A DNA stretch of 64,000 bases from the human T2T-CHM13v2.0 reference genome, Homo sapiens: assembly GCF_009914755.1 (NCBI RefSeq), contig NC_060947.1. One strand, 5' to 3'. The notes beneath the pieces are model-generated. The model had not been told where the DNA came from, did no database searches, and worked only from the letters and a program-made list of their open reading frames with translations. A program made the position numbers and the translations under genes. Positions 33,349 through 47,985 of the stretch are shown one piece after another. The number at the start of each line of letters is the position of its first letter. The stretch's first letter is position 1.

Positions 33349-33935
33349 TGTAAAAAGTAAAGTAGAGGTTCCTCTTCAAAGACTTTCCTCCCTGTCTAAT
33401 TAGGAATAAATAGTAACTTCTCTTAGAAGCAAAATGTATTCAAATACCTGTGCTAACATTCTGAAATATCTGCTAGCCGTCATAAAGAAATCAATGTACT
33501 TTATGTTCTTAGCTCCCACAATTTAGCCTAAATATTTGCCCTGGCATGCTTATACTGGTCCAAGCAAGCATTAGGTCATAGCCTGTTCCTCTTCCTTACT
33601 TAAAAGTGCTTTTACCCTTCTCAGCATTCCACAAGTTACTTCCTCCTTCCTTTGTTCTCCTCTCCTTTTGCCTCTTTTAAAAAGTTCTAAGTTGCTAGCC
33701 AGTTGGGACAAACACAGAATGTGAGGTCTCTTTCCAGCCAATGGAAACCGGACACAGCAGTAGGGTGGACGCGTCAGGTTATAAATGACCCTGTCTCCTT
33801 TGTTCAGTGTACTGTCATGGCGAAACTTCTGGCAAGTGTACCCTTTCTGCAGGAAGTAAAAATAGCCTTACTAAATAAATTAAATTTATGTTCAAGTGCT
33901 ATTTTTTTAAGGGCACGGAAGAAGCATTTCAAACA
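33349..33935 (+). mobile_element. LTR10C-like (HERV-I group) solo LTR
   Basis: tgtaaaaagtaaagtagaggttcctcttcaaagac...gcatttcaaaca; TSD AAAAT on both sides; CCAAT, TATA-like ttataaat and AATAAA in order. Confidence 0.88.
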
Positions 33936-34809
33936 AAAATGAAATGTTTAAGTGAAATTGTTGAAGTCCCTTTGAAAGTAATCCTGCATAATCTCTTTCC
34001 TTAAAAGGTTAACCCAAGGGAACTTTCAGATCTCCGTAAGCTTAAGTTCCAATTTTGTTTGTACTTGTGTACCATATTGGAGCCCTGCTAAATAACTAGT
34101 TATGTATAATTGTAGGAGCTACTATTGTTAATTTGATAAAATGTGAATGAAATACATTTATGGGAATTGTGATATGTTAAGTCATATAATTTCAAATTGA
34201 AAGAGCCTAGAATGTGATGTCTATTTCCTTTGTTCAATCAATCAGCTTAAAGGGAATGAAGACTATTTGAGATTCAGAGATCACATCTTTGGTCAGCTAT
34301 GTGCACATGTAGGAATACCCTTCCTATCTTAGTGGGTAAGTCTGTGAGTTATGGAGAAAGCTTATACTGAGTGAACCCTGTAAAAGAAAGGAGACCACAA
34401 GCAGGGGCAAGGTTCTGTTAGGTTACACGGTAACACATTGAGAAAAGATGGCTTTATTTTAGCTGCATGGAGTAACTTGAAAGGACTGATGTCAATGAAA
34501 ATTGTAAAGGCCTCCCTCAAGATGCTAGTGTCTTTTGTGTGAACTGTAGGACATTTATGGGGGAGGACACTAGTTTGATAAATTGTTGAGTAGAACTTTG
34601 AAAGAGTGTGGAGTTGGCAGGATGTTAAAGATGTCTCTATGGTGTCTGTGGATCGATAAGGCACAGAGGACCTGTCAAGAGTTTTGTGATCCTGCTGTGA
34701 GAACAGAAAAAGCCAAGGTCGGTTTCTTTGGCATGTAAAGGAACATGCAATAAAAACCTGAAGAGCCTGTATTCCAGAAGAAGACGTGGATAAAGTTATT
34801 ATTGGCAAA

Positions 34810-35000
34810 GCCTTAAAAGCACCAAACATAAAGATAAACATTATTAGATTTGACTATGTTAAACTCAAGATATCTATTCTGCAAAAGATGCCATAATCAA
34901 AATTAAGAGAAAGATGGTTGAGTGGGAGAAGATATTTGCAATATTAATCACTGGCAAAGCATTAATAATCTCTAGAATATTACAAGGAACTCACTGAAAA
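34810..35000 (+). mobile_element. Old L1M ORF2 fragment
   Basis: tttgactatgttaaactcaag...gagtgggagaagatatttgcaat. Confidence 0.65.
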
Positions 35001-35699
35001 TTGGCAAAAATAAAGATCAAAGCATGAGATCATTTAAGTAAAGTAAAAAAAAAATGCTTATTTCCTAAAACACTGGTTTTTCTAGAGGTTTTTTCAATAG
35101 GTAAATAGTCTTATGGAGGGTAGATTGAAAGAACATGGTAAGAAAGAGAAAATGTTAATAGTAAATAGAAGAGTAATTCATGTATTAACGGTAGTACACT
35201 ATGAAATGAAAAATGTAATTAACTTAATCTGAGATTCAAAGCAAACAATTATAACAAAGGAATGGACCAGCATTCTAACTTATGTTTTCATACTAGATTA
35301 AATGTTTTTATAAATGTCATGCTCTTATAAAGGTAAAAAATAACATAATATATGGCTTCTATATTCAAAATGGCAAGAATTCATTAGATATCTCAGGATC
35401 CATTCATTGGCATATATATTCAAGATGATACTTTGTCCACAATGAACTATACATAAAGGCAATTATACTTTTGAATTTTAACTAATGGAACATAATAGAG
35501 GTTCGATTGTCTATAAAGGAAGGATATGTTTAACTTTCAGATGGGGTTATGTTTGGAAATGGAAGTGGGAAAGTTGGTTATTTGAAATATTATAGTCTTC
35601 AATTCATGGCACACCATTTATCTCTTTTCCCATTTCCTTAACAAAAAAAGTCTAGAGATAATATAATAAATTGTTAGTCTTAACTCAGACAAATCTACT

Positions 35700-35843
35700 A
35701 GTGGCTGCTTTCTTTTCCACCTTGCAGATGGTCTATCATGGGACTTTGCCTTGTGATTGTGTGAGCCAATTCTCCCTATAAACTACCTTTCACATATACA
35801 TATGTTCTATTAGTTCTGTCCCTCTGGACAATTGACTAATACA
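35700..35843 (+). mobile_element. MLT2A/B LTR 3' fragment
   Basis: cttgcagatggtctatcatgggactt...ctattagttctgtccctctgga...gactaataca. Confidence 0.75.
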
Positions 35844-35989
35844 GATGCCAAGCTGAGAGCCAAGGGAAGTACAGCTTTTAACCAATAGAACATGACTGGG
35901 GTAAATAATATTTCAAATAATAAAAATGATGTTCCAAGGGCCTACAGTGAGAGAACCTATTGTGTCACAGATACTGAAAGCCTTATGTT

Positions 35990-36640
35990 TTAACGTGATT
36001 GGTGTAATTGCTATGTTGAAAATAGATAGTCAAGAGGGTCAAGAGTAAGCAACGGAAGAACAGTTAGGAGGCTCTTGAAGTTTTCTGTGTAAAATATGAT
36101 GGTGGCTTGGGTTAGGGTGGTAACAGTGGAGGTAGTGACAAGTAATCAGATTTGTGACACACTTTGAAGGCTGAGCCCAATGGCCTTGAGAATGGACTGG
36201 ATTTGGGGGATGAGAAAAAGAAAGGGGTCAAGGATCTTCTCAAATGTTTTGGCCTGAGAACCTGAATGAGTTAATAATATCATTTACTGAACTTTGACAA
36301 CCTGTTAACAGAGCAAATTTAGAAGGAAATCAAAGATTTAGTTGCAGATAAGTTAAATTTAAAGTCACTTTTATATGTATAAGTGAAGCTTTTGGGTATC
36401 CGGTTGAATATTGTAATGTGAATTTCAAGGGCAGGGTCTGTTCTGGAAATATGAATTCAGGAATCATGAAGACAGGGTGTTTTGTAAACCATGGGGCTGA
36501 ATTAGATGACCTAGTAAATGAATGTAGATAGAGAAGTCCTAGAACTCTGCCTTGGGACACTTAAACATTCAAAGCAGCAAGAGAAAGAGTATATAGCCAA
36601 GAAGAGTGAGAAAAGACAGCCAATGAGGTATGAGACAGAA
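35990..36640 (-). mobile_element. L2 LINE fragment
   Basis: gatggtggcttgggttagggtggtaacagtggaggtagtg...ttgaaggctgagcc. Confidence 0.8.
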
Positions 36641-36949
36641 AGTCAACTGAGAAACTATTTACAAATAGTTTTTATGATGTTAGGTCACTAGAATAGCCTC
36701 TTAGAACTACCGGGTTGTAATTGTTAGTACTTCAATTTTGACCAATAAACGTATATTACAGCCTATAAATTTGTGCATTTAATGATTAGCTAGGCAGAAA
36801 AACAACAACAAAAGTAGACAAAGATTATAAAAAATCTGTAAAACAATTTTAGGACATTTCTGGCAACATGCAAGTTAGCAATAAGTATGAAATTTCTGAT
36901 GACATCCTTTCCAAAAGACACTGAAAAAAATAAGTAAATAATAAGTATG

Positions 36950-37464
36950 TGTATTAGGGTTTTCTAAAGGGACAGAACTAATAGGGTTTATGTATATATG
37001 AAAGGGAGTTTATTAAGGAGTATTGACTCACACAATCACAAGGTGAATCCCCGGGGCACTCTGCAGGCTAAGGAGCTAGGAAGCCAGTCTGAATCCCAGA
37101 ACCTCAAAAGGAGGGAAGCTGACTGTGCAGCCTTCACCCTGGCAAATCACTGGTATAAGTCTGAGTCCAAAAGCTGAAGCACTTGGAGTCTGATGTTCGA
37201 GGGCAGGAAGCATCCAGCATGGGAGATAGATGAAGGCCAGAAGACTCAGCAAGTCTCTTTATTCCACTTTCTTCTGCCTGCTCTATTCTAGCCATACTGG
37301 CAGATGATTAGATGGTGCCCACCCAGATTGAGGGTGGGTCTGCCTCTTCCAGTCCACTGACTCAAATGTTAATCTCTTTTGGTAACACCCTCACAGAAAT
37401 ACCCAGGAACAATACTTTGCATCCTTCAATCCAATCAAGTTGACACTGAATATTAACCATCACA
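36950..37464 (-). mobile_element. MLT2B solo LTR (ERVL)
   Basis: tgtattagggtttctaaagggacagaactaatagg...tattaaccatcaca; perfect 5-bp TSD GTATG. Confidence 0.93.
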
Positions 37465-38022
37465 GTATGTAAGTAAAAAATAAATTTACAAAATATCAGG
37501 CAGTTAAAAAAGGTAGATACCAGATTTAGTCAGTAAAGTCACATCTTGCCTATGATTATGCACTTATAAATTTGTATATAAGGAGGAAATCTATTTCATA
37601 AAAGGTAAAAATATATGCAAAAGGAAATAGCATGATAGCATATTAGCCACCTAATTATTAAGATATTATAGAGTAATTATCAATCCATAAAAGGAAACCA
37701 GAGTTAGATAATATTTTCATTGAACAGGTAGTTATTAGAAATACATTTATAGAATTACGTAAATAGCTATGTGACTCAGAAAGTGACTAATGTTCCCAAA
37801 TGATTTATCTTGTAATCTTTAAATTGATGCCCCTTTCAGCTATGTGATGCCAAATGCCAATTAGTTTACAGGAAATTATCAAAGCCTGAAATAAACAAAT
37901 CTTCTTCTAAATATCATGTCACTTTGACTAATACATGGCTGAAATGTCAGAAAGCTCTAAGAAGCTGATATATTTGGACATATTAGAAAGTAGCAAATAA
38001 GGTTGAACTTGTAAACTTTAAA

Positions 38023-38199
38023 TTTGGGAGGCAAAGACGAGAGGTTCACTTGAGGTCAGGAGTACGAGACCAGCTTGGTCAACATGGTGAAAACCCATCT
38101 CTATTAAAAATATGAAAATTAGCCTGGCATCGTGGTGGCTGCCTGTAATCCCAGCTACTCAGGAGGCTGAGGCAGGAGAGTTGCTTGAACCTGGGAGGT
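38023..38199 (+). mobile_element. AluS internal fragment lacking both ends
   Basis: tttgggaggc...gaggtcaggag...gcttgaacctgggaggt; no A-tail. Confidence 0.9.
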
Positions 38200-38219
38200 T
38201 CAAATAAGTAGCCAATAAG

Positions 38220-38500
38220 GTCTGCTCTACTCTCTCTGGCTCAAGGGAGGGAATTGGAAATTAGATAGCCACACCATGCTGGACAGGGTGTAGGACATGG
38301 TGGCCAGAAATGCAATGAAATTTCCTACTGTTTTTTAAAATGGCTTTTAAAAAAATGAGTATTTGCTTTGTTGCTGTAGACCTCTGATTGTTTCCCAGGC
38401 CTCCAATAAGGTAATTTAAACCATTTTATTTTCTTTTGTTTTGCTTTTGATGTCTTAATGGGGTCTTGGATCTTCCTTGTCTGTTGTTTTGCTGACAACG
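38220..38500 (-). mobile_element. Old L1M 5' end fragment
   Basis: gttgctgtagacctctgattgtttcccagg...ttttgctgacaac resembles L1M4/MC 5' termini. Confidence 0.45.
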
Positions 38501-38534
38501 TTACTTATTAGGTTGATTTTAAACTAATGATGAT

Positions 38535-38750
38535 AATAATGATCTTGACATTTATGGAGTGCAAATCCCATGTTTAATTGCCTTACAGGCATTATCTCAT
38601 TTAATCTTCACAATATTATTAGTGTATTTTATTTTAAAAATCTTTCTGAAGCATGGAGAATTTAAGTAAACATCCTAAGTACACTTATATAGTAAGTGAT
38701 AAAACCACAAATCTTATTTAAGCATTCCTGATACTGCACCCATTGTGCTA
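38535..38750 (-). mobile_element. MIR SINE
   Basis: cattatctcatttaatcttcacaat...aagtaaacatcctaagtacac. Confidence 0.7.
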
Positions 38751-39104
38751 ATGACTAGAAGATATTTCTCTTAAGGAAATGATAATCAAATTTACATGTA
38801 AAATATAATATATATACACAAGTTATTATCAGTGCACAGAAGAGCAAACAGTTAAATTTATTTTTTTCCAGAGTTAAAAAATGATATTTGTGCTGCTACA
38901 CTTTATTCTAGAACCACAGAATCTCTCTCAACACAATAGTCTAGCCACATCTTCATCAGTCAATCAGAAATAATAGTTGGGTTATACACATTTTTCACCT
39001 TATAAAATATAACAATATTTATGATTTTTAGAGTCATTATAAATCTTTTATAAAATTCTGAAATACATGGAAGCTATAGCTAAACCAAATGGAAGTCTTT
39101 GGAT

Positions 39105-39205
39105 TCCAGAACACTTGACATCAAGTCATGACTCTGCCACTTGCTAGTTGTATGGTTAGCAGCAAGATATTTTTTCTCTCTGATCTTTAATTTTCATATT
39201 TAAAT
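39105..39205 (+). mobile_element. MIR fragment
   Basis: tcaagtcatgactctgccacttgctagttgtatg. Confidence 0.45.
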
Positions 39206-39255
39206 TTGGCTAAGAGTACTTGCCTCTTAAAACTGTGTTGCTGGTATTACCAGAG

Positions 39256-40435
39256 TGTGGTATAATTAAAATATATATTTGCTTTTTGTCACCAGTTTCT
39301 CACACAGTACATCAAAAGCCCTTGCAATTTTCTGAGTGATAAAAGCATCTTTTGATATTCACAACAGGTCCCTTTTGACCGTACCTGAGTTTATGGGAAC
39401 AAGGTAACTCATTGTGGGAACTTAGATAATATTTTCAAGGGAGGGACTGGCCATGCAGGTGATTAGAGGGTTGAAACTTTTAGCACCATCCACCAACCTC
39501 CAGGGATGGGAGGAGGGATGGTGATTGAGTTCAGAATTGAATATTCTCGATACAAAGAAATAATAAATATTTGAGTTTATGGATATGTGAATTACTCTAA
39601 TTTGAACCAATTACCAATGATTTAATCAATCATGCCTATTTTACAAGGCCTTGATAAAAATCTTTTAACAATGAGTTTTGGAGAGATTCTGAATTGGTAA
39701 ACACAATGGATGCATATGTGCTGGGAGAGTGGCATGCCAGAAGAAGTCATGAAAGTTTTCCCTTCGTCCCCATTTCCTTGTCCTGTGAATGTCTTCCTTT
39801 TGGCTATTCCTAGTTGGTTTTCTTTATAATAAAATTGCAATCACAAGTACAGCACTTTCCTGAGTTCTGTGAATAATTCTTTTTTTTTTCTTTTTTTTTT
39901 TTTTTTGAGACAGAGTCTCACTTTGTCGCCTAGGCTGGAGTGCAGTGACGCGATCTCCGCTCACTACAAACTCGCCTCCCAGGTTCAAGCAACTCTCCTG
40001 CCTCGGCCTCCTGAGTAGCTGGGATTACAGGCAGCCACCACCAGGCCAGGCTAACTTTCATATTTTTAGTAGAGATGGGTTTTCACCATGTTGATCAGGC
40101 TGGTCTCATACTGCTGACCTCAAGTGAACCTCTCGTCTTTGCCTCCCAAAGTGCTGGGATTATAGGAGTGAGCCACTGCGCCTGGCTTTCTGTGCCTAAT
40201 TCTATCAGATAATTGAACTTGAGGAGAGATTCATGGGAACTCTCAAATCTGTAGTAAGCTAGGTAGAGTGCAGTTAACTTGGGGCTACTCAAGACTTGTG
40301 GCTGATGTCTGAGGTGGTGATCATTTTGTGGGACTGAGCCCTCAGCCTGTGGGTTCTCTATCGACCCTGGGCAGTTAGTATCAAAATTAAATTGATTTGC
40401 AGGATGCCTAGATGGTATTGGAGAGTTGAACAGTG
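39256..40435 (+). mobile_element. MER21 (B-like) LTR, interrupted by an L1 scrap and an Alu
   Basis: tgtggtataattaaaatatatatttg...gtgattagagggttgaaacttttagcacc...ccaatgatttaatcaatcatgcct...gtgggactgagccctcagcctgtggg. Confidence 0.85.
39881..40187 (-). mobile_element. AluS (Sx/Sz-like) inside MER21
   Basis: Poly-T, dimer; TSD ttctgtgaataattct/ttctgtgcctaattct. Confidence 0.95.
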
Positions 40436-41723
40436 CTTGAAAAAGCTTCATATACAGATAAAAATAATAAAGTGCTAAGTTGATTTTCTGGTAGATCATA
40501 GATGCTTAATAAATCATAGCTAATATCACCTTCAGATGATTTAGGAAGTAACCAATTATTTAAGCATTCCTATATGTCCTGAAATGGTCTGAGTAGCGGT
40601 GTTTTATCAAGAGTGTTATCTTATGCTATAAATAGATATATAATTTCAAAATGAAAAGACAGCCAAATAAAAATGTTCTCATTAAAATTAAACTGAATAT
40701 AATTTGAAAATAATTATTGTACAGGGTACTGGATATAGACTTATATACAACTTCAGAAGGTAATTTAAAAACTATATTGTTAATAATAAATCGCTTAATT
40801 ACCATTTCTTTATGGCTTATAGAAATAGAATATGAAAAATGTTTAATGTTTAATGTCTTAAAATGTTAAAAATGTTTAATGCTTTAAAATGTATAAATGT
40901 TTGGATTCTGAATAAATGAGAGTACACATTAAAATTTGAGTACATTCTTTAAAACAATTATTCTCAACCAAGAGTTAGGAGGAAGTTTGAAGCATATTAT
41001 AATAATCTGGGATTTTTTTTTTTTCCAGTCCACAGCTCTTGGAGACTCTATTGTCTCCCAAAGTGGTGGAGTTCCTTTCATTATCACCTCCACCCATCAT
41101 CCTACCTTCTATTCCTTTAGAGAATCACTGGCATTCTAAAGCTTTGTTACTGAAAGAAATACATTATATCTCTGACATATATAGAGGTGGTAAGGAAGCT
41201 GATAATTACTATGCCTGTGTTTGACATTCTATGACTTATAAATGAGGGAAACGAACCCTCAAGTACTTACAAGGTGTAGTCACAAGGAGAAAATATAATT
41301 ACAATATATTTAAATATCAAGATTTAAGAAACAAGTACTTGTATATGTGAATATTTATGCATCTTTAATAAACGATCAACATGTTTTTCCTCCAATTGAC
41401 ATATTTAAATTATTTGAACTCATAAAGAAAATTACATCATATTTTCTGTTCCTTTAAATAATATTGCATAGTTCCACTGTAAGAATAAATATCACTAAAC
41501 TTTTTTTTAGGTATATAAGAATAACTTACAGTAAATAAATTCTGGAAACCAACCTCTTTCATAGTAACATTTGAAAAGTAGAGGGCAAAGTTAGTATACG
41601 TTACCTGAAAACTTGTAGTTGTGAAATGTTTAAGTCTAGATATTGTCCATTAACAGTATTCGCTAGTTACTTCTTTTCCTGCTACATTTAATACTGCTGC
41701 TTCTGTTATAGTTTTTTTTTTAC

Positions 41724-42028
<305 letters not shown>

Positions 42029-42155
42029 CTTTTTTCTTTTACTTTTATCCTTTAGTCCAAGCCAAACTGAAAAAAAGTCCAAACTGAATAGTACTTGATA
42101 ATGTATCAAACTCTGTCTCAAAATTGTATATTATACCAACCCTGATACTGAGTTA

Positions 42156-42503
<348 letters not shown>

Positions 42504-42647
42504 TTATCAAATATTATGACTTTGTAGGAGATGTGTTGTGACTTTTGGCACAAAACAAATAAATGATTAATTATCATTGGAAAATAAATCATCTAGAGTT
42601 GTGTCTATTGTTCTTTAGAACATTTTTATAGCACCTTAAAAAACACC

Positions 42648-43776
<1,129 letters not shown>

Positions 43777-43880
43777 CAAAAGAAACAAAAAATAGAGTAA
43801 TCAGACAACCTACATAATGGTAGAAAATATTTGAAAGCTGTACATCTGACAAGGGTCTAATATCCAAAATCTATAAGAAA
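43777..43880 (+). mobile_element. Inverted L1 ORF2 segment
   Basis: caaaagaaac...agacaacctac...tctgacaagggtctaatatccaaaatctataagaa is the reverse complement of the expected continuation of the adjacent minus-strand L1. Confidence 0.85.
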
Positions 43881-43893
43881 GTAGTTTGTCTTG

Positions 43894-44625
43894 GCTAACA
43901 AGAAAATTCAAGCTGGGAACTGCTCAGGGCCAACCTGTCTCCCATTCTATTCAAAGTCATCCCTCTTCTCACTGAGATAAATGCATATCCGATTGCCTCC
44001 TTTGGAAAGGCTAATCAGAAACTCAAAAGAGTGCAACCATTTTTTCTCACCTACCTGTGACCTGGAAACCCCTTCCCCACTTTGAGTTGTCTCACCTTTC
44101 TGGACTGAACCAATGTTCATTTTATGTGTATTGATGTATTAAGTCTCCATAAAATGTATAAAACCAAGTTGTGCTCTGACCACCTGGGGCACATGTCATC
44201 AGTACCTCTTGAGGCTATGTCATGGGCACACATCCTCAACTTTGGCAAAATAAACATTCGTTTTCTTTTTTTTTTTTTTTTTTGAGATGGAGTCTCGCTC
44301 TGTCACCCAGGCTGGAGTACAGTGGCATGATCTCAGCTTACTGCAACCTCCACCTCCGAGGCTTCAAGTGATTTTGCTGCCTCAGCCTCCCCAGTAGCTG
44401 GGACTGCAGGTATGTGCAACCATGCCCAGCTAATTTTTTGTATTTTTAGTAGAGACGGGGTTTCACCATGTTAGCCAGGATGGTCTCGATCTCCCGACCT
44501 CGTGATCTGCCCACCCTGGCCTCCCAAAGTGCTGGGATTACAGGCATGAGCCACTGTGCCCAGCTCAATGGCAAAATAAACTTTCTAAGTTAACTCAAAC
44601 CTGTCTCAAATTTTGGGGGTTCACA
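43894..44625 (+). mobile_element. MER4A1-like LTR lacking its first ~38 bp (interrupted by Alu)
   Basis: Starts gctaacaagaaaattcaagctgggaactgc and ends gggttcaca; aligns to the 26475 copy. Confidence 0.9.
44258..44565 (-). mobile_element. AluSc/Y-like inside the MER4A LTR
   Basis: gttagccaggatggtctcgatctcc; TSD tggcaaaataaac. Confidence 0.93.
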
Positions 44626-46050
44626 GGTCATTTTACAGGAACCCATATTTCTTGGAGGTTTTAGTCATTTTTCTTAATTTTTGTTAGACTGAGTTGATTC
44701 AAAGAGCTGACCATCAAACTCTGAGATTCTTTTCTCAGCTTGTTCTATTCTTTTAGTAATACTTTTGATGTATTATGAATTGTTTTTTAGTAAATATTTT
44801 TAGCTCCAGAAATTCAGTTTGGTTTTGTCTTAAAATGGTTGTTTTATCTTTCATCTCTTGAGTCATTTTACTGGATTTTTTAGATTCATTAGATTGGGGT
44901 TTTCACTCGTGTCTGTGTGAAGAGACCACCAAACAGGCTTTGTGTGAGCAACAAGGCTGTTTATTTCACCTGGGTGCAGGCGGGCTGAGTCCCAAAAGAG
45001 AGTCAGGGAAGGGAGATAGGGGTGGGGCCGTTTTATAAGATTTGGGTAGGTAAAGGAAAATTACAGTCAAAGGGGGGTTGTTCTCTGGCGGGCAGGGGTG
45101 GGGGTCACAAGGTGCTCAGTGGGGGAGCTTTTGAGCCAGGATGAGCCAGGAGAAGGAATTTCACAAGGTAATGTCATCAGTTAAGGCACGGACTGGCAAT
45201 TTTCACTTCTTTTGTGGTGGAATGTCATCAGTTAAGGCAGGAACAGGCCATTTAAATTTCACTTCTTTTGTGATTCTTCAGTTACTTCAGGCCATCTGGA
45301 TGTATACGTGCAGGTCACAGGGGATATGATGACTTAGCTTGGGCTCAGAGGCCCGACAGGGTTTCTATTTACTTCTGAATCCCTATGTGTTTTTTTGACA
45401 TCTGGACTCTAAATTCTATTTCTGACATCTCAGTCATTTCTGATTGGTTAAGAACCACTGCTGGGAAAATCGTGGACTGATTTGTGGGTAATAAGACACC
45501 TTGGACTTCTAATTTCCAGAGTTCTTACACTGATTCTTTCTCATCTGGGATGGTTGGTATTTTTTTAACTGTAGTGTGAGTTGAGTATAGTCAGTTGGCT
45601 TCATTTCTGGATGCGTTCAGAGGGCTAGGGATCTGTACAGAAACTTTATATGTGGGTAAGTTCTTGCACTTGGTTTTACAGGTCTATATATTAGCAGGAT
45701 AAATTTTGGGTGTTGTAGTTTGGGCTGCAATCCAGAATATGGTGCTCAAGAGTAATGACTGGTAGTTAGGTTAATACCCAGCCATGCAGCTCTTTTGTAC
45801 TTCCTTGCATTTGCAGTTATGCTCTCTGATGGGGAGAAGAGAGAGATTACCCCATCACAAGTTTCACACCTGGACCTTGATGGGGGCCTCTCAGATCATT
45901 GGCACTGTAGCCACGTTTCTTCTGTTAGGTTCAGGGGCTGCAGCAGAAAGATATGCTACACTCTCTGGACTGGTTCTTTGAAGGGATGCATGCCCTATTC
46001 CCACCCTAGATCAGGAGCCTGCACATCTTTTCCAACTCATTGCTCTGAGG
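44626..46050 (-). mobile_element. L1PA15/16-type ORF1 and 5'UTR fragment (interrupted by LTR7)
   Basis: ctctgagattctttt, gttaagaaccactgctggg, ccagagttcttacactgattctttctcatc. Confidence 0.8.
44901..45358 (-). mobile_element. LTR7 (HERV-H) solo LTR, LTR7B-like
   Basis: tttcactcg...gaagagaccaccaaacaggctttgtgtgagcaac...gcttgggctcagaggcccgaca; TSD ggggt/gggtt. Confidence 0.95.
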
Positions 46051-46071
46051 GTGAGTGATCTCAGTGCTCTG

Positions 46072-46409
<338 letters not shown>

Positions 46410-46414
46410 TCACG

Positions 46415-46775
46415 CTAAAATCTCTTATAATAACTATTATGTAGTCTTCTAATTGGTTTCTTTGCTTCAATCACTGTCTCCTCCTAGTCTTTCTCCAATG
46501 TAGCAGTCAGAATAATTATTAAGCAATATTAATCTCTATTTAAATGTCTAATTATCAATCTTTCCAAGATACAATATAGGAAAAGATTTTCTGTCATTTC
46601 TCAATTCTCTTAATCCTCTTTACAATTTTTTTCAAATCACATATCAAACCTGACATATATTTTCTTATATTTTTGTCTATCTTGCTAAAACGTAAGCTCT
46701 ATGAGAGCAGGAACTTTGTTAGTTCAGTTCACTGCTATACTTCTGAATCTATCATAATTTCTGAGGCATAATACA
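46415..46775 (+). mobile_element. L2 fragment
   Basis: tcttctaattggtttctttgcttc...tagcagtcagaat and gtaagctctatgagagcaggaactttgt. Confidence 0.65.
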
Positions 46776-47039
46776 TTTATTACCTCAACATCTTATTATG
46801 AAAATTTCCAAAGATACAGTAAAGTTGAATAAATTTAACAATGAGCACTCATATATATTACTACCACTAATATTTTACTTTTAAAGTTGATTTGGGGGGT
46901 TAATTTTGTGGTCTAAAAAACGTATTCTTACATGTCGTAAGCAAAAAGGGCAAGTATTATTATGTCCAAGTTACAAATAATGAAACTAAGTTTCAAATAA
47001 GGAAATCAGCCACTTTCTAGTTTAGTACTTTACAAAGCT

Positions 47040-47218
47040 CCACACATTTATAGCATGTATCGTGACCTTGGTGACACACAGTAGTCACCTGGAAAGCTTT
47101 ATAAACATTGGTGACTGGGTTTTACTCCCAGAGATCTTGACATAATGAATCTGGGCTTGAAAAGTTTCGAAACCTCCCTAAGTAATTCCAAAGTGCATTT
47201 AAGGTTGAGAACCCCTGT
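47040..47218. mobile_element. MER5A-like hAT DNA transposon
   Basis: tcacctggaaagcttt...actcccagagatcttga...aaggttgagaacccctg. Confidence 0.65.
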
Positions 47219-47263
47219 GTTAGTATTTTTTTAGTGGTTAGTAAATTAATGCTGAATAAACCA

Positions 47264-47985
47264 TTTTTTCTATGACAGCTTGAGTTCTAATTGCGATGCC
47301 ATACAATTCACCCATTTGAATTGTACAGTCAAGGATTATTAGTATATTTTCAGAAACGTGCAGTCAGCACTATAATTTTCAGTCACTTCACATCTTATTT
47401 CCATTCAATCTCCTACCCACCAGCCCCTGGTAACCACTAGTCAGATTTCCTCCTCTATAGGTTTTTTGTTGTTGTTGTTGTTGTTGTTTTTGCTAGACAT
47501 CTCATATAAATAAATCGTATAATATGTGGTCTGTTGTAACTGGCTTCTTTCACTTGGTATGTTTTCAAAGTTCAGCCGTGGTTTGGCATGTATCAGTAGA
47601 TTGTTCCTTTTTATGGCTAAATGATACTTTATTCTATGAATATGCCACATTTTGCTTATTCATTCATCAGTTGATGGACATTTAAGAAGTTTTCACTTTT
47701 TGGCTGTTATGTATAATGCTGCTAAAAACATTTATATATAAATTTTCATGTAAACATATGCTTTCAATTTTTTTTAATGTATACCTAGGAGTACAATTGA
47801 TGGACCATATGGTAACCCTATGATTAACCTTTTAAGGAAGTTTTTTTCTAAAGCAGCTGTGCCATTTTACATTCTCCTTAGAATGCTATAAAGGTTCCCA
47901 TTTTGCCACATCCTCACTTATGCTTATAATTATATGTATTTTTTTATTATAACCATCCTGGGTGGGTGTGAAGTGGCAGCTCAAT
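47264..47985 (-). mobile_element. L1MB-type 3' end
   Basis: ccatacaattcacccatttgaattgtacag, cagcccctggtaaccacta, cattcatcagttgatggacatt. Confidence 0.85.

Noticed and set aside
34362-34841. 159-aa minus-strand ORF in apparently unique sequence
   Set aside because: No recognisable domain, composition typical of a chance frame, and its start overlaps an L1 relic; cannot be supported without conservation data
40835-40901. Degenerate (AATGTTT)n run; similar simple repeats at 53305-53346 and 59464-59502
   Set aside because: Ordinary slippage-type simple repeats with no further structure
43777-43880. Simple twin-priming explanation for the inverted L1 piece
   Set aside because: The geometry fits, but no TSD is visible and more upstream L1 of similar type continues at 44626-46050, so later rearrangement is at least as likely; folded into the split-LTR finding
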